Virus record (IMG/VR): IMGVR_UViG_2974649007_000001
Location: 23,197 to 87,196 of that record
Origin: a virus
Taxonomy: Duplodnaviria; Caudoviricetes
Reading direction: 5' to 3' (one strand)
DNA length: 64,000 nt
Positions 26,830 through 36,664 of the stretch are shown here, piece by piece (the stretch's first letter is position 1; every line of letters begins with the position of its first letter). The notes under the pieces are model-generated. The model was given only the letters and a program-made list of their open reading frames with translations. It was not told the DNA's origin and searched no databases. Position numbers and translations under genes: made by a program.

Positions 26830-28545
26830 TCAACCCAGAAGTTCATGGAGCAAGTCATGCTTGTCCTTGATCGCCCGGTTGTTGCTCTCTTCATTGGCCA
26901 ACAGCGCCTTGAAGTTCCTATCCGACAACGTGCCCCGCACTCGCATGAAGTACACGTTGACGATGTTCACCTGCCCTTTACGGTCAGCCCTGGCGATCGC
27001 CTGCTTGGCTGCCTTGGGTGACGTTGGGCATTCGTAGAAGATGATGTAGCCGGCGACCTGCAGGTTGAGGCCGGCACCACCAGAGACCCACTGGATGATG
27101 ATCGTGTCGCATTCATCATCGTGCAGGAACTTGTCGATCTGCTCCTTGCGATCAGGTATGCCGCCGTAGACGATCGCCGTCTTGCGGTAGGCAAACTGCA
27201 TGGCCAGCTGCTCGATGGCTCCGCGGTAGAACGCGAAGATGATCAGCTTGCGCTTCGGTCCAGGGTTGATCGACTCGACCAGATCCCCAGTTGCCTTGGC
27301 CAGCTCGTCGCACTCGGTGAGTGTCGGGTCGAACTTGCTTGGGCAGCTGATCAGCTCGAGCGCCATGTGCCGCAGCGCCGAGGAGTTGTCCGGCGCCAGT
27401 ACCCGGTCGCCCAGGATGGCGAAGCGGTCGTTGATCACCTGGCGATACAGCTTCAGGTGGCGACCAGACAGCCTCACCGGCACTTCGCTGATGATTGGCT
27501 CCGGCATCGGGATCACGTCGCGCTTCTGCACTCGGTGAGCGTTCTTCCACAGGCTGTCGTAGATCTTCTCGGTGTTGAGATAACCCACGATGTCCTTGAT
27601 CTTCTTGGTCTTGCCACCCGGCAGCGGGATGCGGAACTCCTGCTGCTCGCAGTGCTGCCGGATGAACGAGGCCTTGTTCAGGTATGCCTCGGGGTTGATC
27701 AGTCTGATCAGCCCGTAGGCGTTGTGGAGCTTGGTCGGGATCGGGGTGCCGGTCAGGATGTAGATGGCGATGTCACCCTTGAGCGTCGTCGACATCTCGA
27801 ACACTGACTCCGACAGGATCGAATCCATGCCGCACAGCGCATCGCCTTCGTCGAAGAACAGCACGTTGTAGCCGTGCTCCTTCAGCTGCAGGCGCTTGGG
27901 GTTCGTGGCCTTGCCGGACTTGTTCACCATCCGGCCGTCCTTGGTATACGGCTGGGCGTTGGGAAAGCGCGGCTCGCCCTTCTTCCTGCCAGGCTTGCCG
28001 GGTTCATCAGGCTCGTCCGCTTCCAGGTGATAGCTGGTTGCGAACTCCAATGGAGTACCTAACTCATTGATATTCCTGATTTTCCATTGATTATTTCCGA
28101 TCTTCTTGACCAGGTTCTTGTCGTTGTACAGCCGGTAGATGTCGTAGGACAGCACCAGAATGTCTGGCCAGCCCTCCACGTCCCAGATGCGCTCCTTCTT
28201 TTTCTTCTGGTCAGCCGTGCAGTCCAGGTGCTCGATCTTCAGGTGCTTGGTGACACCCGGGAAGAACACCTCGAACTCGGCCATGAACTGAGGGATCAAG
28301 CCTGGCAGCGTGGTGAAGACCACGCGGTTGCCCATGGCTGCCATCATGATTGCGTGGACCTGGGCCGGGTACGTCTTGCCTGCGCCTGGCTCAGAAAAAT
28401 CCCCGTAACGGTCGTTCCAGGGATACTTGCGGATCATGTCGAGCTGATGCTGCATCGGCCAGAACGGCAATGGGATGTCCCTGAACCATCCGGGGTGGTT
28501 GCCCACCCCGACCGTGAGCATCAAGTCATGGAGACTTGCTGCCAT
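26830..28545 (-). CDS. SNF2-like SF2 helicase
   Basis: EPGAGKT, FFDEGD, LTGTP, SGGAGLNLQ, QAIARADRKGQ. Confidence 0.88.
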   Translation of the reverse strand: MAASLHDLMLTVGVGNHPGWFRDIPLPFWPMQHQLDMIRKYPWNDRYGDFSEPGAGKTYPAQVHAIMMAAMGNRVVFTTLPGLIPQFMAEFEVFFPGVTKHLKIEHLDCTADQKKKKERIWDVEGWPDILVLSYDIYRLYNDKNLVKKIGNNQWKIRNINELGTPLEFATSYHLEADEPDEPGKPGRKKGEPRFPNAQPYTKDGRMVNKSGKATNPKRLQLKEHGYNVLFFDEGDALCGMDSILSESVFEMSTTLKGDIAIYILTGTPIPTKLHNAYGLIRLINPEAYLNKASFIRQHCEQQEFRIPLPGGKTKKIKDIVGYLNTEKIYDSLWKNAHRVQKRDVIPMPEPIISEVPVRLSGRHLKLYRQVINDRFAILGDRVLAPDNSSALRHMALELISCPSKFDPTLTECDELAKATGDLVESINPGPKRKLIIFAFYRGAIEQLAMQFAYRKTAIVYGGIPDRKEQIDKFLHDDECDTIIIQWVSGGAGLNLQVAGYIIFYECPTSPKAAKQAIARADRKGQVNIVNVYFMRVRGTLSDRNFKALLANEESNNRAIKDKHDLLHELLG

Positions 28546-28772
28546 CAGTAAACCCTCTGGGCTCTGCTGCGTTGGATCTTCTCGTGGTCATCCCGGCAGT
28601 CCACGTCGCAGAAGCGAAGAGGATCTGCCAGGGGCTCACCACAGTTATGGCACTTGCCGATGTACGACAGCCGCTCGACGGGCTTCTCACGCGCTAGGCG
28701 CAAGTGCTCCTCGAGGAGGCGTTCCTGTTCAACGACCGCACGGTCAATGGGATCAGCGTAATTCTCATTCAT
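28545..28772 (-). CDS. TraR/DksA-like C4 zinc-finger protein
   Basis: DPIDRA (DxxDxA) followed by a helix, then CHNC..CDVDC. Confidence 0.7.
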   Translation of the reverse strand: MNENYADPIDRAVVEQERLLEEHLRLAREKPVERLSYIGKCHNCGEPLADPLRFCDVDCRDDHEKIQRSRAQRVY

Positions 28773-31660
28773 TGGCTTGCGGCCTCCGTGTCGCGGCGGA
28801 AGTTGTTCATGATGGTGCCCTTGAGCGAGAGCTTGGCGGCGTTGATAACGTACACCTCGATCTCAGGGTTTTCTGGGTGAGCCTCAATCCGCTCGAAGTA
28901 GACCTCGCCTTCGATCAGCTGGGTCAGTTGGTTGAACTGCTTGAAGACCGGCACCTCGCCGATGCTCTTGCAGTAGCTTTGGTAGCGCGGCACACAAGAC
29001 TGCAAGACCAGGTAGATCGAATCACCCTGGCGCCAGTAGTGCTTGGTGGGCAGCAAGCGCAGACGCTCGTCGAAGGTATCGTCGGCCATGATGTTCAGGG
29101 CAGATAGGACACGGTCGACTTCCGATGCCGACTTGCCACGCTCGACTTCCGCCACACGTCCACCCAGGTAGGCGATCAAGGTGGATTCCAGGCGCTGCAC
29201 TTCCTCAACGCCGCCGACCTCGAACTCTTCCATGGTGTGGATCAGCATGTGCAGCCCGGTGAGGACGCACTGCATGCTCCACCGTGGGCGATCGTCCATG
29301 CCCTTGTGGATCAGGCTGGCCTTGCTGTCCATGATCTTGCCGATGGCGCTAGGCGAGGTGCCCAGTGCCACGGTGACCAGGGCCCGCGCCATCCGCAACA
29401 ACGCGCTGCGGTTCTTCACCGCCACCTTGTAGCTGTCGCGGTAGGTTTGGTTCTGCAGCGACTTGGCCTGCAGCCTGACTTCAACTGACCGGCTGCGCAG
29501 CGCTGGGGCGGTGGCCGACTGCTCACTGGTATACACCAGTGGGGCCGACACCCGATCCTCGCTGACGCTCAACTCCCGGTCAGCGCCGATGCGGCCACGC
29601 TGGATAGGCGAGTGACTCCAGGCTGCCTTGAGGATGCCCAGGATCTGACCGTAGCGGTTCTGGCCCAGCTGCACCGGGTTCACTTCCTCGATCAACCGCG
29701 GCACCGTGGTGCTGCTGCTGACGTACTGCGTGAGGGGGAACATGGTGCCGACTTCCACGTTCTGGAAGTCAACGCGGCTGTAGTCGATGCCGTTGATGTT
29801 GCCCGTCAGCATGGCCAGGCAGGACTTGCCAGCACCGGCGTTGCCGAAGATGTTGAGCAGCGGAAACTGTGGCTCGTCGAACTGGATGTGCTCACGGAAG
29901 TGGCACGAGACGAACCAGCCCAGGATCAGTGCGACCTGCACGGGTTCGTTGACGTTGCACAGCGCCTTGATCGCGGTGGCCAGCTGCTCGTCGTCGGGCA
30001 GCGGGTTGCTGGCGTTGATCAAGGCTGGCGACTGCTTGAAGTCACCCCGGAAGCGGTAAGGGCTGCGGGCACCCAGCTGGGTGATCGCGTTGTTGGCTTC
30101 CACGTAGTGAGCGATAGTGGCCCGCTCCCCACGGTCAAACACAATCCCGCAGACGTTTGCTCGGACCATTTTCTCTAACTCCTTATCGTCGGCCTTGTCC
30201 CGTGCGAACTTGAGCAGGGCGACCATCATTTTCTGGATCTCGTTGTCGCCACAATACACCGCGGCGTTGTGACCCTTGAAGGTGTGGATCAGGTCACGCT
30301 TGGAGCCCCAGCTTTTTTCCGTTGCGATGATCTCCACCACCTCGGTGCTGCCGTCCACGATCAGCTTGCCTACCAGCTCCTTTCGAGCGCTGTTACGCCA
30401 GGCTGTATGGCCGGCCTCGTTGGTGTAGTGCTCCAGCTCGAACACCTCGGTGTGAGGCCAGTAGGTGAAGTTGGTCAGCTGCCTGCTGCTGTCCTCGCCC
30501 ACCAGGTAGTAGCCACTCGGGTCCCAGCGGATCTTCACCGCTGTGTTGAAGTTGGCCACGTCCGCCTGTGAGGTCTCCCCGTTGGCCACGTCGCTGCGGC
30601 AGATGGGGCACTGGCGGCACGGTGTACCGATGGTGGCGATCAAAGCACCAGGTGCAAACTTGATCGACCCACTGAAGGTACGGTGCAGCTGACCTTGCAC
30701 ATGCTTGCGCCGCTCGGTGGCCGATGGACGGCTGCTGGACTCGACGTTCTTCACGAACGGCTCGACCAACAACTGCATGTACTCGGCCTCCTCCGACTTG
30801 TCGTAGCGCGCGGCAATGTAGGCAGCCAGCTGCATGGCAGCCTGGTTCCAGTTGGAGTTGCCCGCGTCACCCTCGGTGATCAGCTTGAGGATGCAGCCCG
30901 GGATGCCTTCCCACTCCCGCATGGCCTCACGAGGCACCACACAGGCGGCGCTCATAGCCTTGACCTTGCGGGTCGCGGCTACCTTGGCAGCCTTGAGCAG
31001 CTGCTCGGCCTTGGGAAAGCTGACGTTCTTGCCTGGCTCCGGAGTGGCAATCTTCGGCCGCTCGGCGGCAACGATCGAGTGGTACTCGTCGCTGTCCATC
31101 TGCGACAGCTCGTTAGGGTTGGTGCCGACCTTGAAGGTGCCGGTGTTAGGGCGCGGTACGCCTTCACAACGCCACATGCGGCCACGCCCACAGCTGTACA
31201 CCGATTCATCCAGGGTGCAGGGCGAGGTCAGGCCGGCGCCCTTGAGGACGGTCAGCATGATCTCGCGGTAGATCATCGGCAGGAACTTTGTAGGTTTCTT
31301 GACGCCAAAAATCTGGGCAGGCACGGTGATGTGTACGCCCTTGCCACCTGACAGCCAGCAGTGGATGAAGTCAGCCGGGATGTCCAGCTTGTTCATCAGG
31401 TAGTCGATGACGGCGTTGACCTCACCGAGCACGTTGTCGATGTCGTCTGCGTCGTCAAAGTCAAAGTACATCGGGCCCATGTAGAGCACGGTTTCCACAG
31501 CGTTGAGGCCGTTCTCCGTGACCTCTTCAGGGTTTTGGTCAACCATCAGGACAGTTTTGAACGCAGGAGGACCTGGGAGATCAGCCTTCTCAAGCTGCTC
31601 CTCTGTATACATCCGCCATGGTTCCTTCTTGTCCGGTTTGAACTGAAGGAAATAGTACAT
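28769..31660 (-). CDS. AEP-type primase fused to a P-loop helicase-like domain
   Basis: YFDFD, SGGKGVH, LDESVY; CRQCPIC; Walker A GNAGAGKS. Confidence 0.8.
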   Translation of the reverse strand: MYYFLQFKPDKKEPWRMYTEEQLEKADLPGPPAFKTVLMVDQNPEEVTENGLNAVETVLYMGPMYFDFDDADDIDNVLGEVNAVIDYLMNKLDIPADFIHCWLSGGKGVHITVPAQIFGVKKPTKFLPMIYREIMLTVLKGAGLTSPCTLDESVYSCGRGRMWRCEGVPRPNTGTFKVGTNPNELSQMDSDEYHSIVAAERPKIATPEPGKNVSFPKAEQLLKAAKVAATRKVKAMSAACVVPREAMREWEGIPGCILKLITEGDAGNSNWNQAAMQLAAYIAARYDKSEEAEYMQLLVEPFVKNVESSSRPSATERRKHVQGQLHRTFSGSIKFAPGALIATIGTPCRQCPICRSDVANGETSQADVANFNTAVKIRWDPSGYYLVGEDSSRQLTNFTYWPHTEVFELEHYTNEAGHTAWRNSARKELVGKLIVDGSTEVVEIIATEKSWGSKRDLIHTFKGHNAAVYCGDNEIQKMMVALLKFARDKADDKELEKMVRANVCGIVFDRGERATIAHYVEANNAITQLGARSPYRFRGDFKQSPALINASNPLPDDEQLATAIKALCNVNEPVQVALILGWFVSCHFREHIQFDEPQFPLLNIFGNAGAGKSCLAMLTGNINGIDYSRVDFQNVEVGTMFPLTQYVSSSTTVPRLIEEVNPVQLGQNRYGQILGILKAAWSHSPIQRGRIGADRELSVSEDRVSAPLVYTSEQSATAPALRSRSVEVRLQAKSLQNQTYRDSYKVAVKNRSALLRMARALVTVALGTSPSAIGKIMDSKASLIHKGMDDRPRWSMQCVLTGLHMLIHTMEEFEVGGVEEVQRLESTLIAYLGGRVAEVERGKSASEVDRVLSALNIMADDTFDERLRLLPTKHYWRQGDSIYLVLQSCVPRYQSYCKSIGEVPVFKQFNQLTQLIEGEVYFERIEAHPENPEIEVYVINAAKLSLKGTIMNNFRRDTEAASQ

Positions 31661-31663
31661 GGC

Positions 31664-31909
31664 TTATTCCTGTGTCATTACGGCCTGAGTGAGTCGCTTG
31701 ACCAGGGTCTTGCCACCGTGGCTGAAGGCATCCACGTCGGTCTTCAGCACCAGGCCACGGCGGGCCAGGGCTTCCTTGAAGTTGGTGATGTTGTAGACAG
31801 CGTCCATCTCCACCGCGCCGCCGACCTCAAGCGCGTTGTAGAACTCAGCCAGCGTTGCATAGTCGATTGGTGTACGGGGTGCGTGGCCCGCTTTTTCTAC
31901 GACTTTCAT
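31664..31909 (-). CDS. Hypothetical protein
   Basis: Small ORF with RBS between dda and the primase. Confidence 0.55.
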   Translation of the reverse strand: MKVVEKAGHAPRTPIDYATLAEFYNALEVGGAVEMDAVYNITNFKEALARRGLVLKTDVDAFSHGGKTLVKRLTQAVMTQE

Positions 31910-31934
31910 AATTAGGCTCCTGTGCTGGGTAAGT

Positions 31935-33263
31935 TCAAGCCTTGAACCCCAGCTTATTGATGATCAATTCCACTTGTGGCCGGCTGAAGGCCACGTACAA
32001 AAGCCGCTGCCGTTCACTGCGGGTTGGGTTATCCAGCAGATCCTTGACATCGACCATGACACGTTTGAAGGTGCTGCCCTGGCTGCGATGGACCGTGATG
32101 CAGTAGCAATACTTCAGGTCGGCAAACAGGTCTTTGAACTGGTGCAGCTGCTTCCAAACCCAGTTGGGGTTGCCGCCCTTGGACTTAATGTCCAAGGCCT
32201 TGTCGGTCAGCTTCTGGGTGTGTTGGCGGTAACGCTCGAACTCGTCTTCGTGCAGCACATGGGCGAAGACCTGTTTGACGTCAGCATACACAGGATGGAG
32301 GGTGATCAGCCACGTCTTCCACTTCGTGCTGGTCTCCTCGTCGAACATCTGGCTCTCGACCACCGCGGCCACAATGGACTCCTCGTCCGTGGCCAGTATG
32401 GTCTCGCCATCCTTTTGGATCGGGCTGCCCAGTACCAGGCGTTCACCGATCTCAAAGCGGTTGGCATCAGGGCCATAGATTTTGGCGCGAATGGCATTGT
32501 TGATGTCGTTCACGCGGAAGTTGCGCCAGGCCAGGACACGGACGTCCTCGAGGTCGGTGGTCAGATCGAACTGATCGACAATCGTTCTCAGGAAGTCACC
32601 CGACTTGAGCACCGTGACGTTGTGGTCAGGCACCTTGTTGAAGTGGTAGATCGTGTTGTTCTTGATCGCTTCCCGCAGCGGGTGAGTGATCTCCAGGATG
32701 CCGTTCGGCGTGCCGTCCGGGTTGTTCTTCTGGCGCTCGACCTGGGTCAGCTCAGCCGTAGGGAACAGGGTGAAGGCCCGCGACTCCTTCTCCTTCACCG
32801 GCGGCAGCTGCATGTTGTCACCCATCAGCAGGCAGAACACCTTGGCGTTCTCCAGCTCCGGGATCATGTAGTTGAACAGGAAGATCTCGCCGAGCATCGA
32901 GGCTTCGTCGCAGACCACCATGTCGTAATCACCGACGACGCTGTCACGCACTTGGGCAGCGTACTTCTTCTCGTCGGTGGGCATCAGCGACAGGCCCAGC
33001 GCGCTGTGCGCTGTGCGGAAGCCGACGCGGTCCATGTCCAAGCCATAGGCTCGAGCAGCCTTCTCCAGCTGCTTGACGGCCTTGTTGGTAGGGGCCATGA
33101 ACAAAATCTTTTGCTCGTCTTCGAGCATCAGTTTGGCGATCTCCATGACGGAGTAGGTCTTGCCGGTGCCCCCTTCACCGATGATGGTGTAGCCTGGCTC
33201 GCCCGCCTCATAGGCGTCGAGGGCGCCGTTAACGCCGAGGGTCTGACCAGTGTTTAGTCCCAT
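31935..33263 (-). CDS. Dda/RecD-like SF1B helicase
   Basis: GEGGTGKT, APTNKA, CDEASM, GDNMQLPPV, LTQVERQ, ITVHRSQGSTF, YVAFSR. Confidence 0.9.
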   Translation of the reverse strand: MGLNTGQTLGVNGALDAYEAGEPGYTIIGEGGTGKTYSVMEIAKLMLEDEQKILFMAPTNKAVKQLEKAARAYGLDMDRVGFRTAHSALGLSLMPTDEKKYAAQVRDSVVGDYDMVVCDEASMLGEIFLFNYMIPELENAKVFCLLMGDNMQLPPVKEKESRAFTLFPTAELTQVERQKNNPDGTPNGILEITHPLREAIKNNTIYHFNKVPDHNVTVLKSGDFLRTIVDQFDLTTDLEDVRVLAWRNFRVNDINNAIRAKIYGPDANRFEIGERLVLGSPIQKDGETILATDEESIVAAVVESQMFDEETSTKWKTWLITLHPVYADVKQVFAHVLHEDEFERYRQHTQKLTDKALDIKSKGGNPNWVWKQLHQFKDLFADLKYCYCITVHRSQGSTFKRVMVDVKDLLDNPTRSERQRLLYVAFSRPQVELIINKLGFKA

Positions 33264-33297
33264 GAGTCCCACCTTAGAAGTTTAGTTGCTTACAAGA

Positions 33298-33322
33298 GGG
33301 GCACGGTAATAAACCGTGCCCC
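33298..33322. terminator. Intergenic hairpin (terminator or processing site)
   Basis: GGGGCACGG-TAATAAA-CCGTGCCCC. Confidence 0.5.
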
Positions 33323-33327
33323 GTAGG

Positions 33328-33654
33328 TCAAGCCTTGCGAGAGAAAATATCTACAACGGTAGTGCTTGACGGCGCCGCTTCGGCATGCCCAGCGCGGGGG
33401 AAGTCCCGCAGATGGATGCACAGTGCGAAGCGCTTGACTAGCTCGTCCTGGTCGATGCCCGTGGCATACAACTTCACGAACTCAATGTAACCAGCGCGGA
33501 TCTGCTCGAGGGTAAACGACTCGATGCCCTCGGTGGTGAAGTACACCTCCAGGGTCTCGACGTATGCCGCGATCATTGCGCGCTGCTTTTCGTTGTCACC
33601 CGTGTCGCCACGGTCGCGGCCTAACATCAGCAGCTGGGTCTTCAGTTTATTCAC
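33328..33654 (-). CDS. Hypothetical protein
   Basis: GTG start with AGGAG RBS. Confidence 0.6.
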   Translation of the reverse strand: MNKLKTQLLMLGRDRGDTGDNEKQRAMIAAYVETLEVYFTTEGIESFTLEQIRAGYIEFVKLYATGIDQDELVKRFALCIHLRDFPRAGHAEAAPSSTTVVDIFSRKA

Positions 33655-33689
33655 GTTATCTCCTTCAGGGCCCATGGCCGGGGTGTTGT

Positions 33690-34493
33690 TTAGTTCGGGA
33701 TACCTGACAGCAGCATCTCGCGGGACCTTTCGATCAGTCGCGGGTCAGCCACTTGCTTTTCGTTACGCACCTTCTCTTTGAACTCCGTGGGTAGGAACTT
33801 CACCGCTTCTGGAAACTGCTCTTCCAGTTGCTTGTCCGTGCGGATGGTGGACAGGATGGTGGTGAGGTCTTCAAACATCGTCCAGCCGGCATCCAGCACT
33901 GCGAAGTAGGCATTGACCAGGCGCTGCGCCTCGATGGACAGCTTGTAGGCCGCTTCCGAGTAGGGCAGCAGGTGGCGGTCCTTCTCTTCGACCGGCAGGT
34001 CTGGATGGAAGATGCAGGCCAGACCAGGCACGCCAGGCAGGTCAGCGTGGGAGGTCTTCCAGCTGTACTCGAAGTTGTAATCGCGGGTCTTCTTCTCGAA
34101 GAAGTTCAGGAAGCCACCCCACTCATTGGCTACAGCGCCCCGCACCTGGCTCCACTCACCACGCAGCTTGGCACGCTTGCTGCTGTCGTTGCCGTAGTGG
34201 CGGCTGCTCATGCCTACCTTGGTGCTGTCGGTCTTGCGGTACTTGTCACCCACACGCACGGTGATGACGCTGATCTCGCCCTTCATGCTGTGCAGGACAC
34301 CCTGCTGAATCAGCGGTGCCCAGCGATCGCGTGGCAGTTCAGGGATCACCAGAGCGATGTGCTTGGCGAACAGGTCGCGCCACATCTTGTCCAGCACACG
34401 GGCTGCCTTGGTGGTCGATGCCGCTTGACGCTTGGAAGCGTGGCGGATCATCTCGAAGATCAAGTGCTTCTTGGTGTCTTGAGTCAGGTTCAT
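33690..34493 (-). CDS. Nmad5-like protein
   Basis: N-terminus MNLTQDTKKHLI and C-terminal LSTIRTDKQLEEQFPEAVKFLP resemble Nmad5. Confidence 0.55.
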   Translation of the reverse strand: MNLTQDTKKHLIFEMIRHASKRQAASTTKAARVLDKMWRDLFAKHIALVIPELPRDRWAPLIQQGVLHSMKGEISVITVRVGDKYRKTDSTKVGMSSRHYGNDSSKRAKLRGEWSQVRGAVANEWGGFLNFFEKKTRDYNFEYSWKTSHADLPGVPGLACIFHPDLPVEEKDRHLLPYSEAAYKLSIEAQRLVNAYFAVLDAGWTMFEDLTTILSTIRTDKQLEEQFPEAVKFLPTEFKEKVRNEKQVADPRLIERSREMLLSGIPN

Positions 34494-34876
34494 TATTGCC
34501 GTCCGAGGTTCGTGTTGAAGTAGTTGACCAGCACGCTGTACAGCGTGGCGGTATCGGTGATGCCGAAGTGCATGACCAGCTCGGCACGTTCACGGTCAGT
34601 CCAGATCTTCATCAGGGCTGCCTCTTGTGGCACCTCCCAGCGCGCGCCTGGGGTGTACAGGCTGCTGAAGTTCAGCGACTTGCCCACCCGGCGCTGGTCT
34701 TTGCTGACGCCACTGTACATGCAGCCCAGCGTGATAGCCGTGGTGATCTTGTGGATGTCCAGCAGCGGCACAGCCTGGGCGACACCCGGGTAGGCTTCGC
34801 GGTACTGCTTGAGGATGCGTTCCTCGGTGGCTGTGAAGTCACCGACGAAGTCCATCTGTCCCAGATCTTTATTCAT
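34493..34876 (-). CDS. Hypothetical protein
   Basis: Coupled early-region ORF. Confidence 0.6.
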   Translation of the reverse strand: MNKDLGQMDFVGDFTATEERILKQYREAYPGVAQAVPLLDIHKITTAITLGCMYSGVSKDQRRVGKSLNFSSLYTPGARWEVPQEAALMKIWTDRERAELVMHFGITDTATLYSVLVNYFNTNLGRQ

Positions 34877-35307
34877 TTGTGGGCCTCGGGATCTTTAACG
34901 TGCTTGTCGAACAATTTCTTGTGGCGACGAGCGAAGCGGGCGGTGTGGGCGATGCAGTACAGCAGGCCAAGGCCGGCTGGCACCCACGGGAACAGGTAGC
35001 CGAAGTAGAAGAGGCATGGCAGCGGGATGGCACCGATGAACATGGCGAAGGTGAAGTCACTCGATGTTTGGCTCTTGCGACTGGCGTGGTGGAAGTCGTT
35101 GCTCTTTCCACCTTCGTGTTTGTAGCGGGCACACCATGCTGCGAACTTGGTCAGAGGGTACGGCCCCTCTTGCTCCTCGTCGTCCACCCAGCAGATGGCC
35201 TCCACCACCATGCCTGACAGGACGTTCAGGACAATGGTGGTAAAGCCGAGGCCCACGCCGAGCACCAGCAGAACCAAAACGAATTGCGCGGTATCAGGGT
35301 TGTTCAC
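34873..35307 (-). CDS. Hypothetical membrane protein
   Basis: Three hydrophobic segments. Confidence 0.6.
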   Translation of the reverse strand: MNNPDTAQFVLVLLVLGVGLGFTTIVLNVLSGMVVEAICWVDDEEQEGPYPLTKFAAWCARYKHEGGKSNDFHHASRKSQTSSDFTFAMFIGAIPLPCLFYFGYLFPWVPAGLGLLYCIAHTARFARRHKKLFDKHVKDPEAHK

Positions 35308-35726
35308 TTCAGGTACTCCTTACGGATTTTACGCAGCGATGCTGCATGGCTGAGCCCCTTCCAGGCATACAGTCGGGCCGATCCATCCTCGAGGAAGTGG
35401 ATCTGCTCGGTCCAGCTGTAGGTGTACGCCCCGGACAGGCTCAATGATTGGTCGGCCCGCTTCGACAACGCCAAGCGTGTGTCATCCCCGGTGCCGGCCG
35501 CAAACAACTCGAAGATCCCGCGCTGCGCCGCCGGTGTCAGCATGACGGAGCAGAAGCGGGGGTCCTTTGCGAAGTCCAACACCTGATCGTAGGGGATGAA
35601 CTTCGACTTTTCCCAGCGTTTTACGAACGCTTCCAATGGCTTACGTGTATCTCTCGTAGCCGTTTCAAGCAGCGTCTGTCCGGGGTGGGCCGGCCAGGTA
35701 GGCTGCAATATCGTGTTGATGTCCAC
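35304..35726 (-). CDS. Hypothetical protein
   Basis: Coupled ORF with GAGG RBS. Confidence 0.55.
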   Translation of the reverse strand: MDINTILQPTWPAHPGQTLLETATRDTRKPLEAFVKRWEKSKFIPYDQVLDFAKDPRFCSVMLTPAAQRGIFELFAAGTGDDTRLALSKRADQSLSLSGAYTYSWTEQIHFLEDGSARLYAWKGLSHAASLRKIRKEYLK

Positions 35727-36249
35727 GTTCTTCCTCCTCGCTGCGGTTCGGTACGAACACCCAGGCTTGGACGAACGCCCCTTGCTCGATGATCATTACC
35801 TCTGGGTTGGTGTCCAGCACCACGGTGTCCTGTACAGCCACCGCGATACCCTTGGCTCGCTCACGGAAGTCAGCCATCTTCAGCCGATCGCGCAGCACCG
35901 ATGGGTTCAGCTTGATCAGCTTCTCCCGTGGGTACTCGGCGCCCATCTTGCCGAGGATCTGCAGGTCGTCATCGCTGAGATACTTCGGCGCCTTGCCGCT
36001 TTTCTCCAGGTAGTAGACGACATGCTGGCGCCAATGATCTGGCGAGGCTTGCATGCACTTCATCAGCACCAGGCACTGGTCGGTGCTCAGCTCGCCGTGC
36101 CGGTCAATCGGCACGACGCGGAAGTCACCACCCTTGTTGACCCGGAACTCACCGTAGCGCTGCGCCTCCTCTTCCGAGTAGAACTTGCTGCCCGGTGACC
36201 AGTAGCCTTTGCGGCGCCACTGGATCATGTGGGTGAATGGTTTGGTCAC
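35665..36249 (-). CDS. Hypothetical protein
   Basis: GTG 36249 next to the upstream stop. Confidence 0.55.
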   Translation of the reverse strand: MTKPFTHMIQWRRKGYWSPGSKFYSEEEAQRYGEFRVNKGGDFRVVPIDRHGELSTDQCLVLMKCMQASPDHWRQHVVYYLEKSGKAPKYLSDDDLQILGKMGAEYPREKLIKLNPSVLRDRLKMADFRERAKGIAVAVQDTVVLDTNPEVMIIEQGAFVQAWVFVPNRSEEEERGHQHDIAAYLAGPPRTDAA

Positions 36250-36251
36250 GG

Positions 36252-36656
36252 TTATTCCCCAAACAGCTCGAGCAGATTGTCCAGGGGCACGTTGAGATCC
36301 ACACCGTGCAGCAGGGCCTCGTGGGCGCCGCTGGCGATGACCTCCTGCAGGGCCAGCTTCAGGCTGCGCAGCGGTGCCTCGTGGTCCTTGTTCATGCCGG
36401 CCGGCGTCTTGCTGTCGAGCAGCTGTGCGGCCTGGGCACGGTCCAGCCAGACGATGAAGGCCATCTTTTCCATGCGCGGCCCGGTGCGAGACAGCACCGA
36501 CGAGTTGTCCAGCGGCACGGGCGTCTGGAAGGTGACACTGCTGCCACCACCCTTGCGCTCGGATACCTTTTGGAACTCGGTCATGCACTGGTCAAGTGCC
36601 TGGATCTCCAGCGTGTCGGCCTGTGCCAGCACCAGGTTTTGAATTGATACAGCCAT
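36252..36656 (-). CDS. Hypothetical protein
   Basis: GAGG RBS, coupled ORF. Confidence 0.6.
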   Translation of the reverse strand: MAVSIQNLVLAQADTLEIQALDQCMTEFQKVSERKGGGSSVTFQTPVPLDNSSVLSRTGPRMEKMAFIVWLDRAQAAQLLDSKTPAGMNKDHEAPLRSLKLALQEVIASGAHEALLHGVDLNVPLDNLLELFGE

Positions 36657-36664
36657 GGGTCACC

